A stretch of DNA of 64,000 nucleotides from Camelus ferus (taxonomy: Eukaryota). The translations under genes and the position numbers were made by a program. Below are positions 9,901-23,100 of the stretch, piece by piece. The stretch is from assembly GCF_009834535.1 (NCBI RefSeq), contig NC_045727.1:10664001-10728000 (forward strand). The letters run 5' to 3'. The notes below the pieces were generated by a model, which did no database searches, had not been told where the DNA came from, and saw nothing but the letters and a program-made list of their open reading frames with translations. Numbering within the stretch: the first letter of the stretch is position 1; every line of letters begins with the position of its first letter.

Positions 9901-11239
9901 AAATTCCAAAGCTTTGCTTCTCTACTTGGTACCCTGTCACATGTTTCTCATCTATACAGGGGCTGATTAATACGCTCTTATAACTCTTCCCGGATACCCA
10001 GGACCTGCTGAAAATCCTCTCAGTATAACATGATTTAAGATAAAACTGTCACCATGTCTATACAAGAAAAACACTTTTTAATGCTGGATTTTTGCTTCCT
10101 CTCAGGACTATCATGGTTTTCTAGTTTATGTTCTTTGCCTAAAGGGAATAGAAGAAATCACCCAGGAAAACTCTGGGAAATGTCTGGATCAAAAAAGCTC
10201 AATGAGTCTGGTTCCCTGCCTAGTCCAATGTTATTTTGAGAATAAAAGTGGGGTGGAAAAAAAGAGACAGTATCAGCCAAATAACAGAAGGGAGCGAGGG
10301 GGCTGGATAAGGCAGTGTTCCCAGCGGCACCTTCTTGCCAGGGGGTGGTCCACCAGCCTGCCGTGAACCTACTGAACCAGACAGGCTGGAGGTGCCCTTA
10401 AAATCCTATTCCACAAACCACATATAAACCTGCAAACAGGTGGGAAGTTCTGGGGGAAGAGGATACCTGTTTTGATTTTGCTTTGCTTGGATGGATGGTC
10501 ATCATCTTGCCGTGACAAGGGCACACCCCATCATACACACCTTTTCACTTTCAAAGCAGTGGAAAGAGCTGGGCAAAGAGCCCCGGTCCCAGGAAGAAAC
10601 CAGCCTGGTCACGTGATGGGCCACAGGGCTGGCCTGTGGTGCGGGGACTGGCATGAAGTGGTGCTCAGTACACTGTGCCTCTCACTGACAGCCACGAACT
10701 GGGGGGCTGCTGTGAGGTCCCCCACGGTCTGAGGGGCCCTAGGGGTGCCCAGAGCTGGTGGGCTGTGGGTTGGTCCCAGGATACTGCTTCCTCTTTTTAG
10801 GAAACTGTGCATAGCTAGAGGCTAGGAACAGCCAGCCTGAGTTCTGCCAATTCATAGGACATTCCTGAGAGTCGTGCACTCCCCCGCCAACCTATGAGGT
10901 GTCTTACTGTGCGGGGGATGTCAGGATTGCCCAGGGCCACTCAGGCAGACCTGTACTCTCAGCTTACCAGGGCCTGCCTGACTCCAGCGCCCCCACACCC
11001 TCAGTGCTGGGGATTCCTGGATGGTGTCCCGCTTGGTGAGGGATAAACGAGGGAGTCTGCAGCAATGGAATGCGGATGGGATCCAAACCAATCCCCGCAA
11101 ACCTGCACCTCAACCTCCACCAGCTTCGGAGGCCACCCTAGTGGCCTGGGCTTCCTCATCTGTGAACTGGGCACAGGGATAGGGCGTCCCCAGAACCTGG
11201 CGAGTTAGGAGTGAGTAGGCTACCTGGATGTTCGTGACA

Positions 11240-11520
11240 GCGAGGTGGGGCCCTGCGCTGGGTCTGGCGCCCGGGGGGTAGGGCGGGCTCTGCGTGCAGA
11301 CGACACCGGCAGGCGGCAGGCGGCAGGCGGCAGGCGGGGCGGGCTCAGCGCACAGAGCAGCAGCAGCAGCGGCAGCAGCAGCAGCGGAGACAGCAGGTGG
11401 GTCGCAGGGTCCTGTGCAGACGACTCGGGAGGAGGCAAAAGCTCAGGTGCCTGGGGACGGGGCGCGGTGAAACTGGCTCCGGGGGTAGCAGGGGCGTACG
11501 GCGGGGCCCGGGCACAGCTC
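11240..11520 (+). promoter_or_regulatory. SLC7A4: SLC7A4 CpG-rich promoter and non-coding exon 1 (donor after 11396)
   Basis: CpG cluster, GC boxes, donor cag|GTGGGT at 11397, and a matching acceptor ctctcctccag| before 11980, upstream of the ATG. Confidence 0.7.
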
Positions 11521-12028
11521 TGAGCCTGAGGTTTCTGAGCCAGACCCAGGGTGCCCCCGCTTGCGGCCAGCGCTCGGTTACTCCAGCCCTGCGGGGTGGG
11601 GGAGGGGAAGGTGACCATGATGTCTGAGGCCAGGTGGCCGCCTGGGCTACGCCCAGGACCGCAGCTCCACTCCTGTTCCGGGTCCTGGAGGCCTGGCCCA
11701 GCTCCCAGGAAGCCTCCGGTTTCCACCTGGCTCTGGGTTCCCAGCCGCGCTCCCTGGGGCTGCCCCCTCCTCACCCTCAGGGCTACCCCCTCAAACACAC
11801 CCAAATTCGCTCCACCAGGCTCCCTGCCCTGCCCTGCAAGCATCTCTGGGACCTCCTGCCCAGCCCTGTCCCAGCCCAGCCCTCCAGCATGCCAGCGTTC
11901 AAGGGCGCTCAGGTCCCCTGGGTGGGGTCCAAGGAAGGACTGAAGCTGGTCAGTGACCCAGCCTGTCACTCTCCTCCAGCCCTGGTAGGTGCTGGCAGCT
12001 GGCTCCGTGCTTCTCCCAACTGCCCACC

Positions 12029-14659
12029 ATGGCCTTGGGGCTGCCCAGCGCTGCTGGCCTGGCCCGCCTCTGCCAGAGGGTGAATCGGCTGAAGCGGCTG
12101 GAGGACACCACCATGGAGACATCACTGCGGCGCTGCCTGTCCACACTGGACCTGACCCTGCTGGGAGTGGGGGCCACAGTGGGCTCGGGCCTCTATGTGC
12201 TCACAGGCACTGTGGCCAAAGAGATAACCGGCCCGGCGGTAGTCGTGGCCTTCGGAGTGGCCGCTGTGGCCTCCCTGCTGGCGGCCCTGTGCTACGCGGA
12301 GTTCGGGGCCCGCGTGCACCGCACAGGCTCTGCCTACCTGTTCACCTATGTGTCCATGGGTGAGCTGTGGGCCTTCCTCATCGGCTGGAACTTGGTGCTT
12401 GAGTATGTGATTGGTGGTGCCGCCGTGGCCCGTGCCTGGAGCGGCTACCTGGATGCCATGTTCGACCACCAAATCCGCAACTTCACTGAGGCTCACATAG
12501 GCGTCTGGCAGGTGCCCTTCCTGGCCAGATACCCAGACATCCTGGCTGCCAGCATCCTGCTCCTGGCCTCCGTCTTCGTCTCCTGTGGAGCCCAAGTCTC
12601 CTCCTGGCTCAACCACACCTTCTCTGGCATCAGCATGCTCGTCATCCTCTTTGTCATCATCCTGGGCTTCATCCTGGCCCGCCCACACAACTGGGGAGAG
12701 CAGGAGGGCGGCTTTGCGCCCTTCGGCTTCTCTGGCATCATGGCCGGCACTGCTACCTGCTTCTATGCCTTCGTGGGCTTTGACGTCATCTCTGCCTCCA
12801 GCGAGGAGGCCCGGAACCCGAAGCGTGCCGTGCCCCTGGCCATCGCCATCTCGCTTGGCCTGGCAGCCAGCGCCTACATCCTGGTGTCCACTGTGCTCAC
12901 CCTCATGATGCCCTGGCACAGCCTGGACCCCGACTCTGCGCTAGCCGACGCCTTCTACCAGCGGGGCTACCGGTGGGCCGGCTTCGTTGTGGCGACTGGC
13001 TCCATCTGCGGTAAGTGGAGCCCTGCCCTGGCCCCCAGGGAGCACACCTCCATCTGGGCCTTAGTTTTACGAGTTGTATAATGGGTTCAGGAAGGTGCTA
13101 ATTATGAGACTGTCCCCCCAGGCTTGTTGGGAGGGACCTGGCTGCCCCACCCTCATCGTCCGTTCTGCGCATGTGCGTCCAGGTCTCTCTTGGACAGCAT
13201 GACTCAGCCCTCACCAGATTCCCAGTGGCCTGCGACCTAAACTGAGGGGTCCCATTCCTGGGTTGGGGGAGTGACAATCCCGACTCCACAGTCACTCAGG
13301 CTCACTCTGAGAACCCAGACAAACTCGTGCCCCTGCTCCCAAGGTGGGAGTGGCCCCGGGGGTCTGTCTGCCATGCTGACCAGCCCCCACCCTCTGCCGC
13401 AGCCATGAACACAGTCCTGCTCAGTAACCTTTTTTCCCTGCCGCGCATCATCTACGCCATGGCCGTCGACGGGCTCTTCTTCCAGGCGTTTGCCTATGTC
13501 CACCCCAGGACACAGGTGCCCTTGGTGGGCATCCTGGTGTTTGGGGTTCTCACGGCTTCTGTGGCGCTGCTGCTGGACCTTGAGGCGTTGGTCCAGTTCC
13601 TGTCCATCGGCACACTGCTGGCCTACACCTTCGTGGCCATCAGTGTTATTGTGCTACGATTCCAGAAGGTCTCTCTGTCCAGTTCCCCAAGCCCAGCCAG
13701 CCCTCGTCCCGCGCCCAAGGAGTACAACTCCTTCTCAGACCGTATAGAGCTGGTGGGCATTGAGCAGGCCCTGGCCCCTGAGCCTGGGCAGCTCCGGCCA
13801 GTCCTGAGGCCCTACCTGGGCTTCCTGGATAGGTGTGGCCCTGGAGCTGCTGTGACTTGGGCCATCTGCATCCTGGTGGCCTCAGCCATCACCCTGGGTG
13901 GCTTGCTGATCTTCGGGGACTCAGCCCTGCACCTCCCTCGCTGGGGCTACATCCTGCTACTCCTGCTCTGCAGTGTCATGTTTCTGCTCAGTGTCCTTGT
14001 CCTGGGGGCCTACCAGCAGCAGTGCCAGCAGGACACTTTCCAGGTACTCCCCACCCCCACCCCCCACTTGCTGTCAGCCCACCAGATCCTCCCACCCCCC
14101 GCCCACCTGGTCCTCTGCCACAGCGGAACGAGCCATGGCTCCCGTCTCTGGGAGGCAGCAGGCACAGCCCCCTCCACCTGCAGTCGGGCCCTGGTCTCCA
14201 GGATCTCCAGAGGCGGAGAAAGTCTCTGAGGTCTCGGGAGAAGCCCCAGCCCAGCCCTGCCCTTGTGCCTCAGATCCCCCTGGTGCCGCTGACTCCAGCG
14301 CTGAGCGTCCTCCTCAACATCTGCCTCATGCTGAAGCTGAGCTACCTGACCTGGGTGCGCTTCTCCATCTGGCTGCTCATCGGTGAGTGGGGCCTGGGCT
14401 GGGCTCTGGGCAGCCCGGAGGAGGGCGAGCCCCGGGACCTGCCGCTCATGCTCCCCCGCCCATTGCAGGGCTCACCGTGTATTTCTGTTATGGCATCTGG
14501 CACAGCAAGGAGAACCGGCGGGAGCCTCCAGGGCTGACCGCCACACGCTACGTGGTTTTCCCCAGCGGCAGCCTGGAGGGGACAGTGCAAGCCGTGCAGC
14601 TCCCCAGCGAGGCGCCAGCCCAGGAGCCCGGCCACGCCGAGCAGCCCTCCAGTCCATGA
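12029..14659 (+). CDS. SLC7A4: Cationic amino acid transporter 4 (640 aa); exons 12029-13010, 13403-14043, 14274-14382, 14469-14659
   Basis: Translation matches CAT-4 (RRCLSTLDLTLLGVG...YAEFGARV...GFDVI...LKLSYLTWVRF). All splice sites are GT/AG, phases are consistent, and the total is 1923 nt. Confidence 0.97.
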
Positions 14660-17179
14660 GGAAGGCTGAGGACCTGCCCACCCTTGCCCACCTCCTTGGG
14701 AGGCCTGCCTTCTCTCCAGGGTGGCTCCAGTTTGTGGGCCTGGCCACGCAAGGGGGTCCTTGGGACCTCTGGACTGAAGGGACTGAGCTTCACATCTTTG
14801 GAAATGGGAGTGGCCAGCGCTGGTGCGGTGGACTCTTTGCCCAGTGCCTTCCAGTTTATGACCAACTCCAGCTACCTGGGCAAGTGGGGTGGGCCGGTGG
14901 GGTAGAGTCCCCAGCCTCAGGGATCTACAGTAATAACTGCCCGTGGCCTGCCAGCATCCATTGTTCCTTGTGGCGCCGAGCCCTCACCTGCCTCCAGGAA
15001 CCACTTGTCCCCAGTGCACAGCAAAGACACAGAGCTCTGCAAGGCAGTGGAGGGGGTGTGCAGCCCTGGGACAGCCCTGAGTCGGGGACATTCAGGCCAG
15101 TGCCCTCTGCCCAGCTCAGAGGAAGCTACACTTCCCAGCAGTAGGCACCAGGCACAGAGGGGTCCAAGACTGGGGCAGAGTCAGACTCCCCTCCCCAGGC
15201 TCCTCACCACAGGACGGGTGGACCCAGAAAGTCAAGCCTGGGCCCCCAGGATGCTGCCTAGAAAGGGCAGAGGAATTTTGGGGTCCCCTTGGTTTCCCCG
15301 GGGCTTCCAGAAAGCGTGTTACGTGCCCGAGTCCTGCCCAGGGAGGCAGAGAGACACTCACACGGGCATGCAGCCACCTGGCCCACACCCTGGGGTGCAC
15401 ACCCACTTGTAGACTGAGGCAACAGCTGTTTCCAAACTCAGACTTGTGGCAGCTCTCCAGCGGTCATGGCTGGTGCTCCCAGCTCTCCATCTTTGCCCCA
15501 TCCCCAAGGGCTTTGGGTAAAGGCTCCAGTGGTACCTGCGTGGGGATGGGTACGTAAGAGCCTGGGCCTGCTCCAAATTCCTTCCAGCCCACCTGGTCCG
15601 AGGGGGTCCCCAGGCTCACCCTGGCCCGCCCCGCTGGTCCCCCCGGTGATGCTTTCACCACCACAGACACCTCCAGCTCACGTTCCTGCCCGGAAGGACC
15701 ACGCGGGAAGCTGCTGGCTTTGGCAGACTTTACTCCTTCACTGTATAGCCATCACATCAGCTTTCTCTGGGCCCCTGTCCATGTGACCCCACCCCAGGGA
15801 CGCAGGGATCCAGAGGCGGCAGAGACCCCAAGGCTTTGCTGAGGCTCCAGGTGCCAGATGGTTCCAGATGCTAGCCCAGCCTGAGCCCCAGCCTGGCCCT
15901 CCCCATTCGGCCCACGTCACTGCACCAGCAAGCAGCCAGCACGCCTGCTCACCAGGGCCCATGAGAAAGCAGCCCCTCACCTCCCAGGGGCCTCCCCCAA
16001 ATCCCTGCCGCTGACTTGGGGCCAAGACCCCTACAGCCTGTCCCTCCCTCGACTGTGGGCACCCCCTGCGGCGTGGGGAGCTCCCAGCAGGCAGGAGTCA
16101 GACCCCCATGAGGATTCCAGAGCCAGAACCAGGCCAGCCTCTGGGGGCCTCTGTGATTTGTTTGGGACTTTCCCTTCAGCCCAGATGGCTGGACTCCACC
16201 TGAAGTGAAGGACAGGGTCTCCTTCAAGCTGTTGCCTCAGGCTGGTTCTTAGGTGTGACCTCGGGCAGCAGTGAATTCCAGACACACTCCTCCCCACCCC
16301 AACAGGTTCCAGGAGGCTGGGCTGGGTGTCACCCAGGGGGCCCAGAGAAGGTCCTAGAGCCTCCAGTACTGCCGACTTAGCTCCTCCATCCTCTCCTCCC
16401 AATCCCAGCCCTCCACAGGCCAAGGGCTGTCCCCAGAAGGGGCTGGTGCACAGAAAATGAGTGGGTGCCTGTGCCCTTGCCTGGGGGCCCGAGGGGGTTG
16501 GGTTATCTGGCCTCACTTGCATTCCATGGATGAGGCCCCACACTGGGTGGGGCCCTGCCCCAGGCAGCCCAGCACCAGCACAGTGGAGGCAACCCTCTTA
16601 TCAGGCCTCTGTCTACTCTGCCTTGGACTCGGGCAGCACAGACCCTGGAGCAGCGCAGCTAAGAGTGTGGGGGCTCTACCTGCGATGGGGGCGCTGCCAG
16701 GGGAGAGGGCTGGGGTCTGCACAGACAGTGGGAGGGTCTGTTCTGACCACTGGTGAGTGGGCTGAGGCTGGGAGCACTGGTGACAGAGCCTGGGAGAGAG
16801 TTCTCCAGACACAGACACAGCAGGAGCCCCTCAGGACTAATGCCCTGTGACATGCTCTGCTGCAGGTCCCTGTGCAAAACTGGCTTCTGTATCTCCCCAG
16901 GCAGCACCCTACCAAGGCCTGAGTCAGGGGAGGGATGGTCCGCCTGGGAGTTGAAGGATGGAATTCTCCACCCCCTCGCCCCCCGTGCTGGGGCTCCATC
17001 CACGGGGTTCCCCAGGCAAGGCCCCCACCTTTCCCAGCCCAGACCCCCAACAGCAGGGAACAGCTACTAGCCTCAGGAAGGGCTGGCGAGTGGGGGCCAG
17101 TGAGTGGAGACAGGGCCAGGGTCCCGGTGTCCAGCTCCCAGTAGCAGCCGTGGCCATCGGGACAGATGCTGGGTCCTCC

Positions 17180-20100
17180 CTAAGGCCCCTGGGCAGCCGG
17201 GCACGGGGGTGTGGATGCCTGCTCTGTCTGCTCGGGGCTGGTGGTCACCTTTGGAGCCTTTGCCTGCAGGTGAGAACAGCAGATCAGAGCTCTAGCCTGT
17301 ACCCTCCAGAAGTGTAGCGAAGCCCAGGGGCCAGGTCGGCCCACAGCTCACCTCCTCATACTTGGTCTTCCAGTAGAAAGGAGCTTCTCCATCCACGTAC
17401 AGCAGCAGTAGGTCACAGAGGAAGGTGATCTGGGAGAGGAGAGGCAGGACTGACCTGTGTCCTGGCCCCCAACCTGCCCACCCCTCCTGCCACATCCCCA
17501 GCCCTCACCCCAAGGGCTGACCTCAGGCACCAGGGGCCCATGCTCACCAAACCAGAGGGAGCCCACGTTAGGCAGACTCACCACACCCAGCCAAGCTGCT
17601 CCTGTGCCCAGAGTGATGGTCGTAGGAATGAGCGCGAACTTCCCTGCCTGAGAGATCTGGGTGAGCCTCAGCCAGGACCATCACCACCACCTCCCCTCCA
17701 CCCCTGTCCACCCCTGCCACCTACCCGCCCCGTGACGAGGATGTCGAAACGGATCCCGTAGAGTTTGAGCAGACTCCGGGCCTCCACGCCCGAGGCCTCC
17801 CACCAGTGAGTGGCTGTCCTGGGTATAGGAGAGAGCCTGGTGGCCTGCTCTGCCTGCTCCGGGGCCAGGCTGGCCCTCCCAAGCCTCCATCTGACTCATC
17901 CACTGACTCCATGAACCCCTCAGCCCCATCCCTGGGTCTCAGCCCTGTGTTGTCACTGCAGATACAGCAAAGGAGCAAGCTGGGACCCGCCTCTCAGGAG
18001 CTCCCTGCCTGTGGAGGGGACAGGGGCAGAAAGGTCCCTAAACAGACACTGGCCGTGGGGGTGGGGGAGGTGGGGGGCAGACCCAGGGCTATGAGGGTCT
18101 GGGGAGGGATCTCACTCCTCCCCCGTGGACCTGGGAAGGTTTGCTGCAAGGGAGACTCTCAGGATGGTTTTCCAGCAGTCAGGGAGGTGTTCTTGACAGA
18201 GAAAGTAGGGCCGGTAAGGACACAGGGGTATGGGGAACAGACCCTGGGTGGGGGGCCAGTCCCTAATCATCACAAAGGGCAGGAGATCAGGGAAGCCAGG
18301 CCAGGCCAGGTCCAGGGAGAAAAGTCAAAGGCATCATCTCCAGACCTGGCGGCTGTGTGAGCACAGGTGCGTGTGTGTGTGTGTGCGTGCCTGTGTGTGC
18401 ACGCCTGTGTGTGCACGCACGTGACAAGGTGACATGAGGTGGTAGAAGGACAGGATTCCAGGGGTGGGGGGGTCTGTTTAGGAGACTCAAAGACATGACA
18501 AGAAACACCATGCAAGATCCCTGAGCGGCAACCTACATGTCCAGTGACAGATGACGATAAAGAAGATGTGGTGCGTGTATACAATGGAATACTACTCAGC
18601 CATTTGGCAAAAATGAAATAATGCCATTTGCAGCAACATGGATGAACCTGGAGATGATCCTAAGTGAAGTAAGTCAGGTAGAGAAAGACAAATATCATAT
18701 GATTTCACTTATATGGGGAATCTAAAATATGACAAATAACTTACAAAACAGATACTCACAGACAGAGAAAACAAACTGTGGGAGTCTGGGGTTAGCAGAC
18801 ATGAATTACTGTATACAAAACAGACAAACAATGAAGTCCTACTGGGTCGCACAGGGAACTACATTCAACATCCTATAATAAACTATACTGGAAAGAATAT
18901 GAAAAAGAATGTGTATAATAACATATTTATATGTATAACTGAATCACTATGCTGTACGCCAGAAATGACACAATGTTGTAAACCAACTACACTTAGAAAA
19001 AAAGATCCTTGAGTGAATCCTGGATTGGAAAATAAAAAGATTTAGGACTATTACTGGCACAGCTGGGGAGGGAAATTTAAACATTAGATTCATCTTTCCA
19101 ATGTTACATTTCCTGAGTGTGACAATAGGACAGCAGTCCCTTGGGAAAGGTCCCCACTCTCAGGATAGCCCTGAGAGGGGCGAGTGTCCACCGGATGTCT
19201 GCCATTTACTTTCAAATGGTTCAGTTTGAAATCTATCTAAATGTACCTGCTCGCTCTAGAGGGAGAGAGAGAGCAAATGCAGCAATGTGGTAAAAACAAA
19301 AACAAAAGCAAACCCTACTCAACCCAGGTGCCACTGTACGGGTGTTCACAATACTGAACTCTGACATTGTCTATAGATTTTTAAAAATTTTTTGATAAAG
19401 CTTTAAGGGAAAATTAAAAAAAGAAAGCCTCCTGTGTGGTGGAAGGGGGAGGGACGAGGGGCTGGGGGGTGGTTCTAGGAGCAGCCAGGGGTGTGGGGTG
19501 TGTGTGTGTGGGGAGGGCTCAGGTGGGAGGCTGGGCGGAGCCTGTGCTGGGGGACCTGGAGCTGAGAAAACCCCGTCCTGCCCCTGGGCCCTCCACCCAC
19601 ACACAGGAGGCGTCCGGAGTTCTGGGAGGGTGGTCTGTCCTGACCGCCACAGAAGGACAGGTGGAGGAGGACCAGCTGAGGCGCAGGTGGGCAGTGGGGG
19701 CCGCACCTGAAGTTGTAGCTCCTCTCCTGCAGCTGGAAGGAGTAGTGGGGCCGGCAGTCAGAGCCCCCAGCGTCCAGGTCACAATCCCAGCGGACTTGGA
19801 TGCCCACGGCACCACCCTGTACACAGCACAGCATTGCTCCACCGGCTCGTGGGCCCAGAACGCTGTCCCAGCCCTCCTGGAACCCTGTCCCGACCCATGG
19901 ACCCACCAGCAGTGCCAGGTCCTCAAAGACCCCTCCAGCCGCGGCCACAAGGTCCCCGATGCGGAACACCGGGCAGGAGGGGCTGGAGCTTGGGTCGTAG
20001 CGGCAGCGCTTGAAATAGGTGGGGTCCTGGGTCTCCAAGGCATTGGACCTGAGACAGGTGGGCAGGGGTCAGGCCAGGCAGGGGACAAAGAGGGTCTTTG

Positions 20101-23100
20101 GCCAGTCCGGACACCCCCACCTTACTTGGAGAAGTTAAATTTGTGGAAGGTGATGGTGTTTTTGATGAACAGCGTGAAGTTCTCGGCCTGGACCAGTAGG
20201 GGCTTCCTGCAGGGAAGGAGGGGGGGGGCAGGCTCTGAGGTCCTGGGGCCCCGTCCTGGGGGTGGGGGTGGCGGGTTGGAGGGGAGAGACTTACGTGGGC
20301 ACAGTGCCGCTCTCTACCGGGCACCAGCCCCGGATCTCACAGGTCCTGTGGGTCCCGTTGAACACCACACACTGGCCCGTCTTTATGCCTTGAAAACACA
20401 GGCAAACTCCAGGCCCCCAAACCTCCCCGGGCCTGGGGAGGGGGTGGAGGGGACTGTTGACAAAAAGGAGAGGCACAGAGGCACCAGAAGGCCCGCATGG
20501 AGAGTCACCCAGGGCCCCAGTTACCGTGGCTGTGCGTCCCTGCCTCCCCTTCAGGACAGTCCTCGTCGGCCCAGCAGCTGGCCAGCGGGATGGAGGGGTG
20601 CTGGGATGAAAAAGCAGAGTTGCCAAGGGCCCTGTGGTCCACAGGCACTCGACCCTCCTCGCCTTTGCCCCCCAGGGATCACTGAGTTTGAGGCACATGA
20701 GAAAGCTGAAGGGTGCAAATAAAATAGGGCAGGGGAGCAGCCCTGGCTGGACGGGTGAGCAGGTGCTATATTCCAAGGCCGAGCATCGTCCCCTCCCTGC
20801 CTGTTCTTTCGTAAAACAGGGACCTTGGTGCCTGCACACAGCCACGGAGTTCTGGGATCAGCCAGAAGGGGAAGGTGCTAAGCTTCCCAAGGGTCCCATG
20901 CCCCAGGAGGTAGGTACAGGCTCACAGACGCAGTTCCATAGTCCTGTCCCGGGCTGACATGGATGCCGCTGCCCTGGCTCAGGGGCAGCAGGGAGACCAC
21001 AGCGTCCGGCACTAAGAAGGGCTCAGTGACTCTGAGCCAAAAGTGGTGAGTGGGCAGAGGACACTGTGGGGTCACCTGCTCTCCCTTGCTGTCCCTACCC
21101 GTGTCCTGAGTCTGCCCCTCCTCTCTGCCCTGGCTGGGCCACCATCTCCTTCAACCAGATCCCACAGTGACCACCATGGGGCCCCACCTCTGCCTCATCC
21201 ACCTCCATCCAGCAGCCTGAATGGTCCCTCCTGAGGCGCAAATGATGACCCTGGAGGTGCCTCATCCCATAAGCTCGGAGCCTCTGCCCAGGCAGCCGCC
21301 TCTGCCCGGATGTCCTCAAGATCCCAACTGAGCCTGGAGTCCAGCAGGAAACCCTTCAGATGCCCATCCCTGGGGCTCCCAGCTGTGGCCTCTGCCCCCA
21401 ACACAGAACCTGCCACCATGGCCGGGCCAACTGTGCAGGAGCTTGTCGACGTGGAGGGTGGTTTTGCAGCCCTGGAGGAGGCTTGGCGAGTGTTCTCTGA
21501 AGTCTGTGATGCTACACGGAGCACAGTGCACGTGCCGAGAGGGTGGAGACGACCAGGACTCCAGAGGAGCTGGTCTTGGGAAGAAGGGTTTTCAGATCTG
21601 ATGAATTACTTCCCCGCCCTGAAGTTTTGAGGGGAGAGCCAGAAGCTGGGACACCAGGAAAAGAGGAACCACACAGATTCCAGAAAAGTACAGAACCATG
21701 GCCCCAGCAAAACTGCAGGACAGTCCAGAAACTGAACAATAAGTAAATGTCTTCTGAGCATTTAGAAAGGGAAGGACATTGTGTGTGTTTGTGGAGTGCA
21801 CGTGCCTCAGATCCTTTGAGGACGGGGAGACGAGGGACATAAAACCCCCAGTAACTGGTGGGACCAGCGACCAGGAATCAGGGGTAGGTGACCACACTGT
21901 TACTCTCCAGCCCAGCAAATGATTATGTTTTAGCCTTGATGAAAGAAAGATGCCACCAGAGAGGAAGGCTTCCAAAGCTATGTCCTGGGTCCCAAATGTT
22001 CAAACAAAATTCACAGCCGGGGAACTATACACTTAATGGTTAAGATGGGAAATTTTATGTTACTTGTTTTTTTATCACAATAAAAATGTGCTGAATCCAT
22101 GCTGAATCCCTGGGACTTTCCTAGACAAGGGGGAAAGGTGAGATTTCAGGGAGAGGATCTGCATTTCTGGATGAGAAATGGACAAGGATATAGTGGGGGA
22201 TGCTGGCTTGACCACAGCTGTCATGAAAAATACCCAGACATCGTAAGTGACCCTGAACTCAGCACAAACACGAATGTGCTCTTTGCCCACAAAAACGGAA
22301 GTTGCCTTGGGACACCTGAATGGAGGCCATGTGTAGAGAAGGGAGGTGATCTTCCAGCCTGCCTCCTGCTACTAGAACTGACCTGAGCATTGTGCCCAGT
22401 TCTGGGTGATACTCTGACAATCTGCAGAGACCCCAGAGGGGTCCTAGATGGGGAGGGACCTAGACACCTCGTTGGGGACAGTGGTGGAAGACTCTGGAAG
22501 AAGGCTGCTCAGAGATCCGGAGTCCTGTCACTCACAGGCTGGGCGGCTTTGGGCATGTGAGTCTCCCTTGCTGAGCCTCTGTTTTCTCATCTTAAATGGG
22601 GTCATTTAAGTAGATCCTATTGGGCAGGGTACTTGGGATGACTATGTGAGATGATTCGCGGAAAGGTTTTCTCCCAGAGCCTGGGATAAAGTCGCACTTA
22701 CTGACGAGCCCTCAGTCACCTGGGAAGGAGAAGAGGGGATATGGCTAGTGACCCAGGGCTGGCGGAGGAACTAGGGACCCACTGGGAAGCCCTCAGGCAG
22801 CCTTACCTCTGGGCATCTGCCCTGAACCTGTTCCGGCGTCACAAGGAAATTAGTCACCAAGAAGAACACGTTCTCTCCCTGGAAGGCAAGTGTCAGGGTT
22901 GGTCCCTGCTCCCCTCCCCAACTGGGAGAGGCCTGAAGCTGGAAGCCTGGCTTGTGAGGGAAGGGTCCCATCGAGTCATCAACCCTGTGCCCCAGGAGGA
23001 TGGGAGGCACAAACAGGAGCCTGGCTGGGCTTCTGGCCATTTCTGAGCCCATGTCTGCCTCTTTGAGAAAAGCTTATTTCTCACGTTCACTCTTACTTGT

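Noticed and set aside
10336-10350. CTCF-like TTGCCAGGGGGTGGT
   Set aside because: Several mismatches to the core consensus; it cannot be supported without ChIP or PWM scoring.
19436-20722. 428-aa plus-strand ORF
   Set aside because: It is antisense to P2RX6 exons 4-8 and runs through introns. It is low-complexity G/A/P-rich with no recognisable domain, as expected in GC-rich DNA.
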